NCBI GenBank assembly: GCA_010909165.1
Contig: MU008170.1
Location: 868,001-932,000 of the forward strand
Length of the DNA stretch: 64,000 nt
Origin: Anthoceros angustus
Lineage: Eukaryota > Plantae > Anthocerotophyta
Reading direction: 5' to 3'
This document shows, piece after piece, positions 38,207-49,268 of the stretch. The notes beneath the pieces were generated by a model, which was given only the letters and a program-made list of their open reading frames with translations, searched no databases and had not been told where the DNA came from. Position 1 is the stretch's first letter. Each line of letters begins with the position of its first letter. The translations under genes were made by a program, and so were the position numbers.

Positions 38207-40338
38207 TTATCAAACTAGGGACTAGAGAGATTTCTGAGAACTGAGAAATCTTTCTCACACACAACTTTGTGTGTGAGACAACTTCTAGTAATCTACTTAG
38301 AGTATTGCATGTAATGTAGGGCTGCTTCATACACATCTAACACCTTCTACCTCCTACACGTATCTAACATCTAATATGTACATGTTCTCCCCATAAGATG
38401 AGGGAATCTCCTAGCGGCATTAAAAAAATCTTAATGACTTGAGGCTAGCCACCTATAACATTTGTTTTTGGCTCCAGCAATTGTGTGTTGTTTCATATTT
38501 GGCTTCAGCAGTTGTCTATTGTTTCATATTTGGCTTCAGCAGTTGCGTGTCATTTTATATTTGCGGGAATGGAAGATGTTCAGTATCTGTGATATCTAGC
38601 ACATATGTATTACTTGAAAGATTGAGCTGATTGTGTTAGAGATCCTCATTTTTCCTCATTCTGCACCAAGGACAAGTGCACGATCAGCAGTTTGTTGTAG
38701 TGTTTAGCCAATTGCCTCAAAGTGCGTTTACAAGTATTCAGGGAGCTGTATCAAAGTCATAGGGAAGGGAGTCTAGTCACTTTGCTGTAAAGGGCTGTGG
38801 CTATGGCTTCAACTTGCTCCCTGGAGTGAGCTATGGCTTCAACTCGCCTGTGAGCTATGGCTTCAATTAAGCTCATAGTGAGTTAGGGCTTCAACTAACT
38901 CCCTGGTGAAATTTGACTTCAAGTTGCTCTGTGGTGAGCTTTGGCTTCAAGTCCCTAATGGTGAGATATGGCTTTAATTAAGTGACCAGCTATGGCTTCA
39001 ACTCGCTCAAGCCACTACTAGGAAAAGTAGCCTTTTACAATGGATTTTACAACTGCATTACAACGGTTGTTGTAAAATTGTTGTTGCAAACACCCCTTAG
39101 TAGTTTACATCGTAAAAATCTCAAAGTGTATACACTATAGAAGTATACATCCTTGCGTATGGTATATGAGTATGGTATACACCGTTATAAATTCTATCAT
39201 TGTAAATAATCTAAATCCTTATAAATTTTACCATTGTAACTTATGTATGACGTTGTAAATATATCCAGCCCTATTATCAAACTAGGGACTAGAGAGATTT
39301 GAGAATCGAGAATCTTCTCACACACAACTTTGTGTGTGAGACAACTTCTAGTAATCTACTTAGAGTATTGCATGTAATGTAGGGCTGCTTCATACACATC
39401 TAACACCTTCTACCTCCTACACGTATCTAACATCTAATATGTACATGTTCTCCCCATAAGATGAGGGAATCTCCTAGCGGCATTAAAAAAATCTTAATGA
39501 CTTGAGGCTAGCCACCTATAACATTTGTTTTTGGCTCCAGCAATTGTGTGTTGTTTCATATTTGGCTTCAGCAATTGTCTATTGTTTCATATTTGGCTTG
39601 ATGATTGCGTGTCATTTTATATTTATGGAATGGAAGATGTTCAAGATTCGTGATATCTAGCACATATGTATTACTTGAAAGATTGAGCTGATTGTGTTAG
39701 AGATCCTCATTTTTCCTCATTCTGCACCAAGGACAAGTGCACGATCGCAGCTTGTTGTAGTGTTTAGCCAATTGCCTCAAAGTGCGTTTACAAGTATTCG
39801 TGGAGTCAGATCAAAGTCATAGGGAAGGGAGTCTAGTCACTTTGCTGTAAAGGGCTGTGGCTATGGCTTCAACTTGCTCCCTGGAGTGAGCTATGGCTTC
39901 AACTCGCTCCAGGTGAGCTATGGCTTCAATTCGCTCATAGTGAGTTAGGGCTTCAACTAACTCCCTGGTGAAATTTGACTTCAAGTTGCTCTGTGGTGAG
40001 CTTTGGCTTCAAGTCCCTAATGGTGAGATATGGCTTTAATTAAGTGACCAGCTATGGCTTCAACTCGCTCAAGCCACTACTAGGAAAAGTAGCCTTTTAC
40101 AATGGATTTTACAACTGCATTACAACGGTTGTTGTAAAATTGTTGTTGCAAACACCCCTTAGTAGTTTACATCGTAAAAATCTCAAAGTGTATACACTAT
40201 AGAAGTATACATCCTTGCGTATGGTATATGAGTATGGTATACACCGTTATAAATTCTATCATTGTAAATAATCTAAATCCTTATAAATTTTACCATTGTA
40301 ACTTATGTATGACGTTGTAAATATATCCAGCCCCTATT
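38207..40338. repeat. Near-identical tandem duplication of about 1.07 kb containing a GAGCTATGGCTTCAA minisatellite
   Basis: The unit starts TTATCAAACTAGGGACTAGAGAG at 38207 and 39274. Internal ~30-bp repeats lie at about 38800-39005 and 39860-40070. Confidence 0.95.
39013..39265 (+). mobile_element. CACTA-like transposon end with subterminal TTGTAA/TTACAA repeats (duplicated at 40075)
   Basis: CACTACTAGGAAAA at 39013 and 40075, followed by clustered direct and inverted TTACAA/TTGTAA motifs. Confidence 0.6.
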
Positions 40339-40778
40339 ACTGAAACCATTGTAAATTTAGCTGTTGTAAATAATTTAACCATTTGTGATTTCGAAAGAGA
40401 ATCAGGATATGAACAAGAAGGATTATGTCATCCAGGTTCAACACAATCAAGGTCTGCGAGAGATTGTTGAATTCCTGGTAGAGAGAGAAGCGCCTGCTGT
40501 TCGTGGTAATGTACGAGAGTATATGGTAAGGTTTGTGGTTATGCAGATCCTGTCTGGGTTTCACTTGAAGATGTGCAACAAGGATCATGGATGATCTCGC
40601 GTTACACTGGAGGTCATTGAGGACAATGACATCTTCCCAGTTGGGGAGAGAGTAATGGCACTAGTGAAATGAGGTAGAAAGGTAAAAAGTTAAAAGGGAT
40701 AAAAAGCTAAGTTAGTAGCTGCCTGTTAAAAAGATGCATGTGTTGCATGCTTCATGCAATCTCCTGTTAGAGGGGAAT

Positions 40779-41869
40779 TGTTACAGCCACAAATGAAGAG
40801 CTACCTAGAGAGGACTCTTAGTGATCAGTGGTCTGTAAGAATCCCTAGATTTAACAGCTGCCGAGTTGAGGTCAGGCTACGGGATATATAAGGGCTAGAG
40901 CAAGGGCTTTGAGGAATAAGATGAAACACTCACTCTTTGAGAGAGCAGGCAAGTGTGCGCTACAAGCCTTGTGTTGAGAGAGAGCTGTAGAGAGCTAGCT
41001 AGTGAGAGAGAGTTGTGGAGAGCTGCGCTGCAAGCCTTGTGTTGAGAGAGAGCTGTGGAGAGCTAGCTAGTAAGAGAGAGCAGTGGAGAGCTGCGCTGCA
41101 AGCCTTGTGTTGAGAGAGAGCTGTGGAGAGCTAGCTATTGCAGCCTTGTGTTGAGAGAGAGCTGTGGAGAGCTAGCTATTGCAGCCTTGTGTTGAGAGAG
41201 AGGGCTGTGAAGAGCTAGCTATTGCAGCCTTGTGTTGAGAGAGAGCTGTGGAGAGCTGGCTAGTGAGAGAGAGCTGTGGAGAGCTAGCTAGTAAGCTTGT
41301 CGTGGAGTCAAAGGCAGTAGTCAGTTGGGCGTAGATAGCCAGATTCTATGTGGAGAGCTAGATAGCTAGATTCTATCGTTGTATTCTTTCAATAAAGAGT
41401 GGCACCTCGGGAGGTGGCCTGCGAGTGGTCAGTGGATGGTAGGAAAGGCTCAGCTTGTATCTTCTCATCTCCCCATGATCCAACAAGGAGGGACAGCAAG
41501 AATTAGTGGACGCTAGGCTACTTGGAGCCTCGTCAGTGGACGGTAGGCTACTTGGAGCCTAGTGCTGTATTGCGAGATTACCGTCCACTTAGAGCCTAAT
41601 GCTGTGAGAGCGCTGAGAATCATGCAAGTCTCTTGTGGAGTGAATTGGTGAGGTCCTAGCGCTGAGAATTATGCAAGTCTCTTACGGAGAGAATTGGCGA
41701 GGTCCTAGACAGTGGGAAGCCAGCACTTGTCGCTTCCCTAGAAACGAGCACTAGTCGCTTCCTTAGTAGCTGCGCACAAGAGTGAATTGGCGAGGTCCTA
41801 AACGGTAAGCCAGTCCTAGACCTCTGGGAAGCCAGCACTTATCGCTTCCTTACTAGCTGCTGCCTAACA
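40779..41869 (+). mobile_element. Probable 3' LTR of an LTR retrotransposon, with internal minisatellite
   Basis: Purine tract AGAGGGGAA just before TGTTA (40779). TATA-like TATATAAG at about 40885. AATAAA at 41391. Candidate TAACA end at 41865-41869, although the end is uncertain. Confidence 0.55.
40960..41295. repeat. GA-rich tandem repeat (GCCTTGTGTTGAGAGAGAGCTGTGGAGAGCTAGCTA variants, about 6 copies)
   Basis: Directly visible tandem array. Confidence 0.9.
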
Positions 41870-41984
41870 CTTGTCGCTTCCTTACTAGCTGCCCGGTGAG
41901 GGTTGTTATCGTATGTCTACAACTAGGTTTATTGTACACATTTAAATTATCCAAAGGCAATAATGGCAATAGAGGAAATCCTAC

Positions 41985-43016
41985 TTAGCGTGTCCAGTAA
42001 ATGACAGCGATAATGACTAGGACGGTGATAAACATTCCTACGTAGGCAATCCACCTGTCTGTAAGGAGCCGCCTGTCAATGACTCGAAGAATAGAATTCG
42101 ACAATCCTACCGTGTTCATAACGTCAAGGGCCTTCCTCTGTGCTGCCTGCAATGCAACAATCCCCGTGAGCACGCCCGTTCCACCTGACCCTCACAGCAG
42201 GAACCCACGCACAAAAGGCTTAGCTTACCTTGAGTCTTTCCCTCTGTTCAGCATACTTTCCCAGAACGGCTATGCCAGTGTTGGTGATGTCGTCCAGGAG
42301 CCGAGAGGAACTCTGGACGGACTCCTTGACCTGAGCTTCTACATCATACATGTCCAAGATCCTAGGTGCGTCCCCATTCTAGTAAAAAAAAGGTGGACAA
42401 AAAGTAAGTAGAGTGCGGAATGGAGCCATGAAGTCTACGAGCCAAGGGATTGCACAGATGTGTACAAAAGGTTTTCATTCAACAATGGCAAGCCACCAAC
42501 CGTTCTCTGAAACAATTCAGCTCTTAGCTGAGCATCCGCTTGCTTACGATGCTGCCGGCTCAAGTGTTTGTCCAACCCTAGCCTTAAAGAATCTAGCTCC
42601 TCAGCAACCTGCTCGATCTTCCTACCAAGACAGCAGCACAGCGTGCAAGCTAAGCAACCTCAACCTCCTGCGGACGAGCAGCAAACATGTAACAGAAACG
42701 AGGCAGAGAAAGCGTGAAACCACACGAACCTCTTCCACAGATCCCGGTGGCCTTTGGTTCCCTCAAGTCGCCAGAGGCGGTCCATCTCGCAGCTGTAATT
42801 GTGCAACTGGTTGAGTTCCAGCTTGACGTGGTGCGCCAGATCCGTGGCGGCATCGCTGCTGGCGGAGGGGGAGCCGACACTGGAACCGTAGTAGGAGGAG
42901 GTGGATGCGGAGGAGGAGCTCTCCAGGCGCTCCAGCCTCTCCAAACCTTCCCGCACCACCAGCAGCGAGCGCAGGGCCAGCTTATGCACATCCGAGAGCG
43001 TAGCCGGGGTCGCCAT
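41985..43016 (-). CDS. MEMB11: Membrin (Golgi Qb-SNARE, GOSR2/Bos1 family)
   Basis: EGLERLERLE, RDLWKR|KIEQVAEE, RAELF, QRKALDVMNTVGLSNS and a C-terminal TM anchor. Four exons. Confidence 0.92.
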
Positions 43017-43259
43017 GGCGACTGATCCGATCACAACCCCTTGCAGGCAGTGTGTCGCATGAGCGGACACGAAGAGGCAGCCGCTGCGGAATCTGTCAGC
43101 AGGAAACGCGAGAGAACGCAGCTGAGGAACTTCGTTTCTCCAAAAGAGCCGTAGTGACCTTAGCCAACTGTCTTCGTTACTGACACAAGCGTTCTGAACG
43201 CGCACAAGGTGCTTCCACTTCCGACGAGCTGCCACCGCGGTGTCCGCGATCTGATCCGC
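43017..43259. promoter_or_regulatory. Putative compact bidirectional promoter
   Basis: 243 bp separate the divergent ATGs of membrin (43016, minus) and the ORF at 43260 (plus). Confidence 0.5.
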
Positions 43260-43796
43260 ATGGGGGACCGGAGGCAGCGGAAGCAGGAGGCCGGGAGCGG
43301 GGAGCAGAATTCTTGCGAAGAGGGAAGCAGCACAGATTCGGGAGCTGCTGCCAAGCTTGAGGAAGGAAACGGAGCGGAGGGGCAAGAGCAACAGGTAGGC
43401 AAGGCAGGGAGCAACAAGCGGAAAGGAGCTGGCGGGAAGCGCAAGAGAGCTTCGGCAAGTCCCGCCGTTCCGAATGCCAACGGGCAGAAATTCGTGGAGT
43501 TGCAGCGGGTAGTGGCGGAGATGCGGCCCCCGGTGCTGCACACTCTTAAGACGCCCAATTTCCAGCACGGCAAGGCAGCGCAGAACATACGCAGGGCCCT
43601 GCGGGAGATCCGGACCCTGTGCAAGCAGATTCGATCTGAGACTGTGCTCATCGCCAAGCACACTCCCAAGAGGGCGTACGACGGGGAGATGGGGGTCGGG
43701 CTGGCCAGGTACCGGCAGAAGATGGCAGCGGCAGCTCCTGCAGGAGCCCTTGCAGATCCAACTGCTGCCTCTATTGTTGCTTCTCCTCCCAGATGA
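43260..43796 (+). CDS. Uncharacterised plant protein with basic NLS-like segment and helical domain
   Basis: Intronless 178-aa ORF with KRKGAGGKRKR and FVELQRVVAEMRPPVLHTLKTPNFQHGKAAQNIRR. The latter resembles, from memory, a conserved plant uncharacterised motif. Confidence 0.65.
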   Translation: MGDRRQRKQEAGSGEQNSCEEGSSTDSGAAAKLEEGNGAEGQEQQVGKAGSNKRKGAGGKRKRASASPAVPNANGQKFVELQRVVAEMRPPVLHTLKTPNFQHGKAAQNIRRALREIRTLCKQIRSETVLIAKHTPKRAYDGEMGVGLARYRQKMAAAAPAGALADPTAASIVASPPR

Positions 43797-44132
43797 TACA
43801 GACCAGGGTTGTTGATGCGTTGTTGCACTTGTGAAATAAAGTCCTTGCCAAGAGAGACAAGGTGATCGAGACACATTCGCTGAGATCAATGAATTGTACA
43901 AAATCTGCGGCGCAGAGGAAGGAGCTACCGGCAGATGATCACTACAACCTCAGCTTCACCATCTAGCCAACCCTACAACCCAGCTTCTCATACCTTCTTT
44001 CCCCTGTATAGGTAGGTGGGCACAGGGGATTCCCCCCACACGTCGTCCTTGTTGACGAACTTCACAACATCAGGGGAACATACAGCTACAAAACTGCGTT
44101 GGCCCGCACGGGCAGGGCATCTCCAGATACTA

Positions 44133-47090
44133 CTAGACAGAAGGAAGCTTTGAGAAAGCTAGGCGAATGGTGGACCCATTGAAGTTACCAGCATGCTTGC
44201 AGACGAGGGCCTCAGTGGCCTGCTCCTCGGTTTCGAACTGGACCAGTGCCTGCTTCTTGCCGTTGGACTCGAACACTTTGGCATTCAGAATAGAACCATG
44301 CACAGCAAGGTGCTGTGATATCTCCTCCACACTCACATCGGGCGGCAGGCTTGATACATGGATCATTTTCGTCGGAGCACAACAGTACCGGTAGTTCTTC
44401 GCAGCATTGCGATTGAAGCGGTTCAGATTCGACGTCGAGTAGTCATGAGTGTCTGGAGAAGGGTTGATTTGGGAGTGTTTGGAGAAATTCACATCCATCC
44501 GTTTGCCGAAAAGAGTTACACCCTGCATGTCCACCCGTCAACTTATTAGCTTCCTTCCGACTTTCAAAAGAAAGAAGCAAGACCGTCGCACAGACCTTGA
44601 GATAAGTGAACGCCAGCTCGGATTGAAATCCATCGCCCATCTGGATGAGGGCGTGGTCAGGCTTGTTGTGGAGAAGTTTGATGCGCATGATGTTCCCATA
44701 GTTCGAGAAGAGATTGAAAAGCTTGTCAGCATCCAATTTCTGAAATACCACCCCTTTCAAAGTCAATGAGGTCCGCACCCCACAACCATAATTCCATGTT
44801 CTACCAAAACAAGCTATGCACAGACAGGACACACGTACTTCAGGATTCAGATTCGAAACAAGCAGTGTGCTTCGATCATTTGTGCCTGTGATGCCAGCCG
44901 GAAGAACCCCTCCAAAAGCAGCAGCAGCTGCGGCTGCTGCTGCATTCCCCATCGGAACCTGAAGAACCTCACAATCAGTATTGCCATAAGGAGCTTGCAA
45001 GGACACGTGTTGACACTATGGTGAAGCAAATCATCTCTTACCTGGTAGGAATTCATGCCCATGCCCTGGGGAGGCCCACCAGACTGCTGATAACCGGCTT
45101 CATGGCATAGACGAGTCCAACACAATCAAGTCATTCACCCGAAAAGCATAGCTTCTTGGTGGGTGGGTATTCAAAAGAAGGGCAAGTCATTTAAATGCAG
45201 CTAGATGTAGGCACAGAGCTCATCAACCATGAGATGTAAGAGAATACCTGGCATTCCTGGTCTCGGGCCACCCCCCATGCTGTAAATATTACCTCCCTCA
45301 CCAAAAAGGGAAGTCTAAGCAATAAAAATTGGAAACCTGTCAGTCCGCTTGCAGATGGAACACACACATGGAAAAACACCGATGGCAAAAAATGAGTTCA
45401 GAAAGATGCACACGTATTACCATGACATTGTTGTTCAGAGGATTGCCAACAGGCCGGGATTGTTCAGATGGCAATTGTGCATTTGTAAAATCCCTGGAGT
45501 TAAACAGAGGAGGCAGCAGTCACTGAGCATAGTGACATGATACCGCCGGCTTCACTTTAATCTAGTGCACTGAGCACTCATAAGGTGGGGAATGAGAGGA
45601 AAAATACCTGGTCCTCTCATTGTTATAATTAACTTGTAATTCTTGAAGGCTGGAGAAACAAGAGAGGAACATGAGCACGACATCATCAGGACTATGTGCT
45701 GATGAAAGACTGCCAACCCAGGACCTTACTTAGAAAACTGGATGTCCAGCGTACAACAGCCATCGTAAATGTTGCGGCCCTGATCCGTCAAACAAGCAAA
45801 CAATCAGATTGTGAAGTACAATGCTGTTGCCAAAATACAGAATACAGTAAGATGACAGTCAAAAGATGACCTACTTGTAAGGTGTTTCGTGCTTGAGTGG
45901 CACTGAGCTGGGACGAATACTGCAGCAATGCTTGCAGTCCTGCAAGAGCAAGTCACATTCACAGAGTCTACAGTTGAGTCTAATACACAGTCATCCCTGG
46001 GCAAAATTGGGCAGAAGCATGAAGCAGCCCAAGTTCAGTAGCCTCAGGCGACAGCAGCGTGGTACCGATGTGCCTTACTCACCCTGGTCATATAGAAGAA
46101 GAGAAAGGCAAGATAGATGTAGAGAAGCAAGAGAGGAGACGAGAGAGAAGCTGACCAGCTGACTTCTGGAACGTGACGATCTTCTCGACAAAGCCATGAG
46201 GGGAAAACACTTGGTGCAGCACATCCACGGTAATAGGATAGAGCGGGTTGTGAATAGTGATTAAGAGAATTCGATTGGGCTGCAGTTCCTGAAGAAGGCC
46301 CCAATGTAGCCAGCAAAGAAGGAGCCAGGACGACGGAGAAGAGAGGACAGGGGTGAGAGAGAGCGAGAACTAAAGCAGCCTCCTGGAGGCGAAAAGAGAG
46401 CACAGAAGACAGCCAGCATGCGGAGAGAAAGAGTAACCATAAAGTGTGGGAAAGATTTGAGAGCAAGGGGATGGACAAGCATCTTAGCTTGGACGTCGGC
46501 AGACACATACCTGGTCATTGCTCTGCCGCCGCGGCTGTCCCGGCTGGTCCATCGTAGTAAGCTCTTGGTGCGAGGAGAACTGCATGTACACATTCCGCCC
46601 CCTGCCAAATTCCACATATTCACATTTCTACTCCTCCCATTTCGCCTCCACAACACATTACCACCACCTACAACACCACACCAGACCAAGTTTCGAAACC
46701 GCACCTCACAGTCGGCTGCACCGTAGAATAGTACTGCATGACGTTGATTGCGCACTGTATATCCTGCATCTGGAGCAAGGCCTGCAGGACACCGTACCCA
46801 AACCCACCCGTAAGCTACACACCCTCAGACGCCAGAACCAGGCTAGCTGGACCAAACACAGCCACGCACCTGATTCTTTGCCCGCAGCATAACTACCCTC
46901 TGCACCATTCCGAACGACTGCGCCAGTTGCAAGAGATCATGCTGCACAGAAAAGCAGGGCAAGGCAGGGGTCAGGCCGCCGCGCCGCCTCAGGATGCCAC
47001 CATTTGCGCTTCCCCCAGCAAGCGAAGGCTCACCTCGGATATCTCCGGTCCCACGTTTCGAATGTGCAGCACCTTGGACGGCTCAGTCAT
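44133..47090 (-). CDS. PTB3: Polypyrimidine tract-binding protein homolog 3 (hnRNP L/PTB-like, 4 RRMs)
   Basis: MTEPSKVLHIRNVG, RGRNVYMQFSSHQEL, PNRILLITIH...VLHQVFSPHGFVEKIVTFQKSAG, GRNIYDGCC, KLFNLFSNYGNI and RFNRNAAKNYRYCC, spread over many short exons. Confidence 0.95.
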
Positions 47091-47597
47091 GGCGCCTGCA
47101 AGCCACCAGGCAGCCCGGCGCTCGCTCACAGCGCGGCAGCGGCCAGAATACTATTAGGGCAGGGCAAGGTCCGTGACAGACGCTCGGGGCCCTGGCTCTG
47201 CCGGCAACGGAGGAGCAGAAGCGCGTGGCGTCGTTGCTCCGTTTGCTGTGTTTCCTGCAATGTCCATGGCGGGTGCCGGTGCCCGCATTCTCCCTCCCGC
47301 CCGCCATATTTTTTATTTTTCACCTCCGTTTTTCACCCATGGCAGTATCATTTTCACCTCATTTCATCCTGATTGCCTTACTTCCTTCGACCTCGGCCAC
47401 CTCGGTCCTCCGGCTATGGTATATATCAGATGCCCGCACTCGGATCGTGGCGCACAGGCTTCTGCGTTCTCCGGTCTGAGGGGGTGAAGAGACCCTGGGA
47501 AATCGCGTCTTCTGGGCCGAGCTTCACGTCCTGCGTGCCTTGTCCCGGCTAATCCGAGGGTTTATCTGAGGCGACTCGAGGAATCTGAGAGGGCGTC

Positions 47598-48949
47598 ATG
47601 TCGGGTGAGTGAGTGTACATTGTTTGCTCGTGTTTGCGGTGGCTCGGTAGGGATAGAATGCAGGAAACGAGTGAGACGCGTTTCAGGGAGCGGTGGGAGG
47701 AACGCACGTTTCTAGTGAGCTGAGATTGCTGATCGTGGCGGTTCGAGCTCAGCAGGAGAGCTAGGGCTGCGGGATTGTTGTGGTTGAGTGGTAGATCGTG
47801 GAATGGCAGGGAATTGGAAGGGGAGCTGATTGGATGTGTGGCAGGCCGTCCGCCGAAACCCTGGGAGCGAGCTGGAGGAACTAATGCAGCTGCTGCTGCT
47901 CCTGCTGATTCTGGAGCTGCCTCGACCAGCGAGGTGAAGCCCGGAGAGAGCCCGAGTGCGGCGGGGACAGGAGTTGGTAGCCCGAATGTTGCGGGTAGGC
48001 CCATGCCACCGAGGCCCTGGGAACGACCGAATGTCGGTGAGTGATAGCTGTCTGCTGCACTTGGACAGGAGATGGATGGTGCTTGCGGCAGTGCTGATGC
48101 TTTTTCTTGCGTCTGATTCAGGGGGATATGGAGGTTATAGTAATACAGTTGGAGGTTATGGTAGCACAGTGGGAGGGTATGGTAGCGCTGGGTACGGAAG
48201 CACAGGGTATGGAGGTATAACACCTTACAATCGTCAAACGTATGGGAGTTATGGAGGGGGTTACGGTTCTGGATATGGAGGTTATGGTGCCGGAGGAATG
48301 TATGGCAATAATATGTACAACCGGTATGGAGTCTATGGGGGTATGTCTGGTATTGGTTATGGCGGGGGAATGATGGGAGGTCCCTACGGTGGCGGCCTTT
48401 TGGACCCGAACAATCCGAATGGACCTGGTGGTCCGCCTCCGAGGGCACCCGGTTTCTGGCAGACCATGTTGCGTGTGGTAAGTGCAGACTATACCTCTGT
48501 ACTCCGAGCCTTATGCTGCAAGAACGGGGAGTCTTCCAACTGGTAGAAGGGAAATCCTGATGAATGTTTCTGTTGTTGTTCACTCAGCTGCATGGAGTCG
48601 TCAGTGTCTTTGGACGAATTACAATGCTGGTTGATGAGAATACGCAAGCTTTCCACTTCTTCATCACCGCCCTTCTACAGGTACACCATTCGTTGCACGA
48701 GGTTTTAGGTTGGGCTTTTGTTGGCTTGAATTCTAACAATTGCTTGTGCTGCTTTCACAGTTAGCAGATCGAGCTGGACTGCTGTATGGTGAGTTGGCAC
48801 GGTTTGTCTTCAGGTTGCTGGGTATCCGAACAAGGAAACGGAAGGGCGACGTATCTGAGTTAAAAGGTCCAGAAGGAGTTTTGCCACTTGATGATAAGCC
48901 ACATCATGAAGGTGGCGGGTGGGACAATGTGTGGGGAGGTAGTAGTTAA
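47598..48949 (+). CDS. PEX13: Peroxisomal docking protein PEX13 (plant type)
   Basis: 7-nt first coding exon ATGTCGG (47598-47604) spliced to 47845 gives MSGRPPKPWE. YG-rich region, FW..MLRV|LHGVV..FGRI..LVDENTQAFHFF, LLYGELARFV and WDNVW. Confidence 0.93.
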
Positions 48950-49268
48950 AGTCCAGCGTCAAGAGCATTTTCTCGCTGGTTAGGACTAATTAGCACCCCC
49001 ACCATCGTCACTGCAACTGTACCATATCGAGATGTGATCCGTCATGCCTGGGTTTTGCTTCATAAGGTGCGTGTACAGTCCGAGTCTGTACACGCAGTGC
49101 TTGCAACATCGATGGATGACTCCTGAATCATAAACGACTGATACGCGGTTGATGCACGGAAGGATCATACTAATGTAATGAAAGATTTACCGAGTATCTA
49201 TGTACGTTGTGAGGGCCCGTACCACTAACGGGCATGTCCTAAGCTACCCCCTGTGCTTCATAACATCG

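Noticed and set aside
40960-41295. Regularly spaced repeats as a possible CRISPR-like array (also 38800-39005 and 23640-23735)
   Set aside because: No unique spacers and a eukaryotic context; these are ordinary minisatellites.
42660-43901. 413-aa and 238-aa minus-strand ORFs
   Set aside because: Mostly antisense to the 43260 gene. Only the part from 43016 onward is membrin exon 1.
47549-48583. 344-aa His/Pro-rich minus ORF (similarly 19548-20393 and 53483-54199)
   Set aside because: Antisense of low-complexity coding sequence in PEX13, the trihelix gene and DYRKP.
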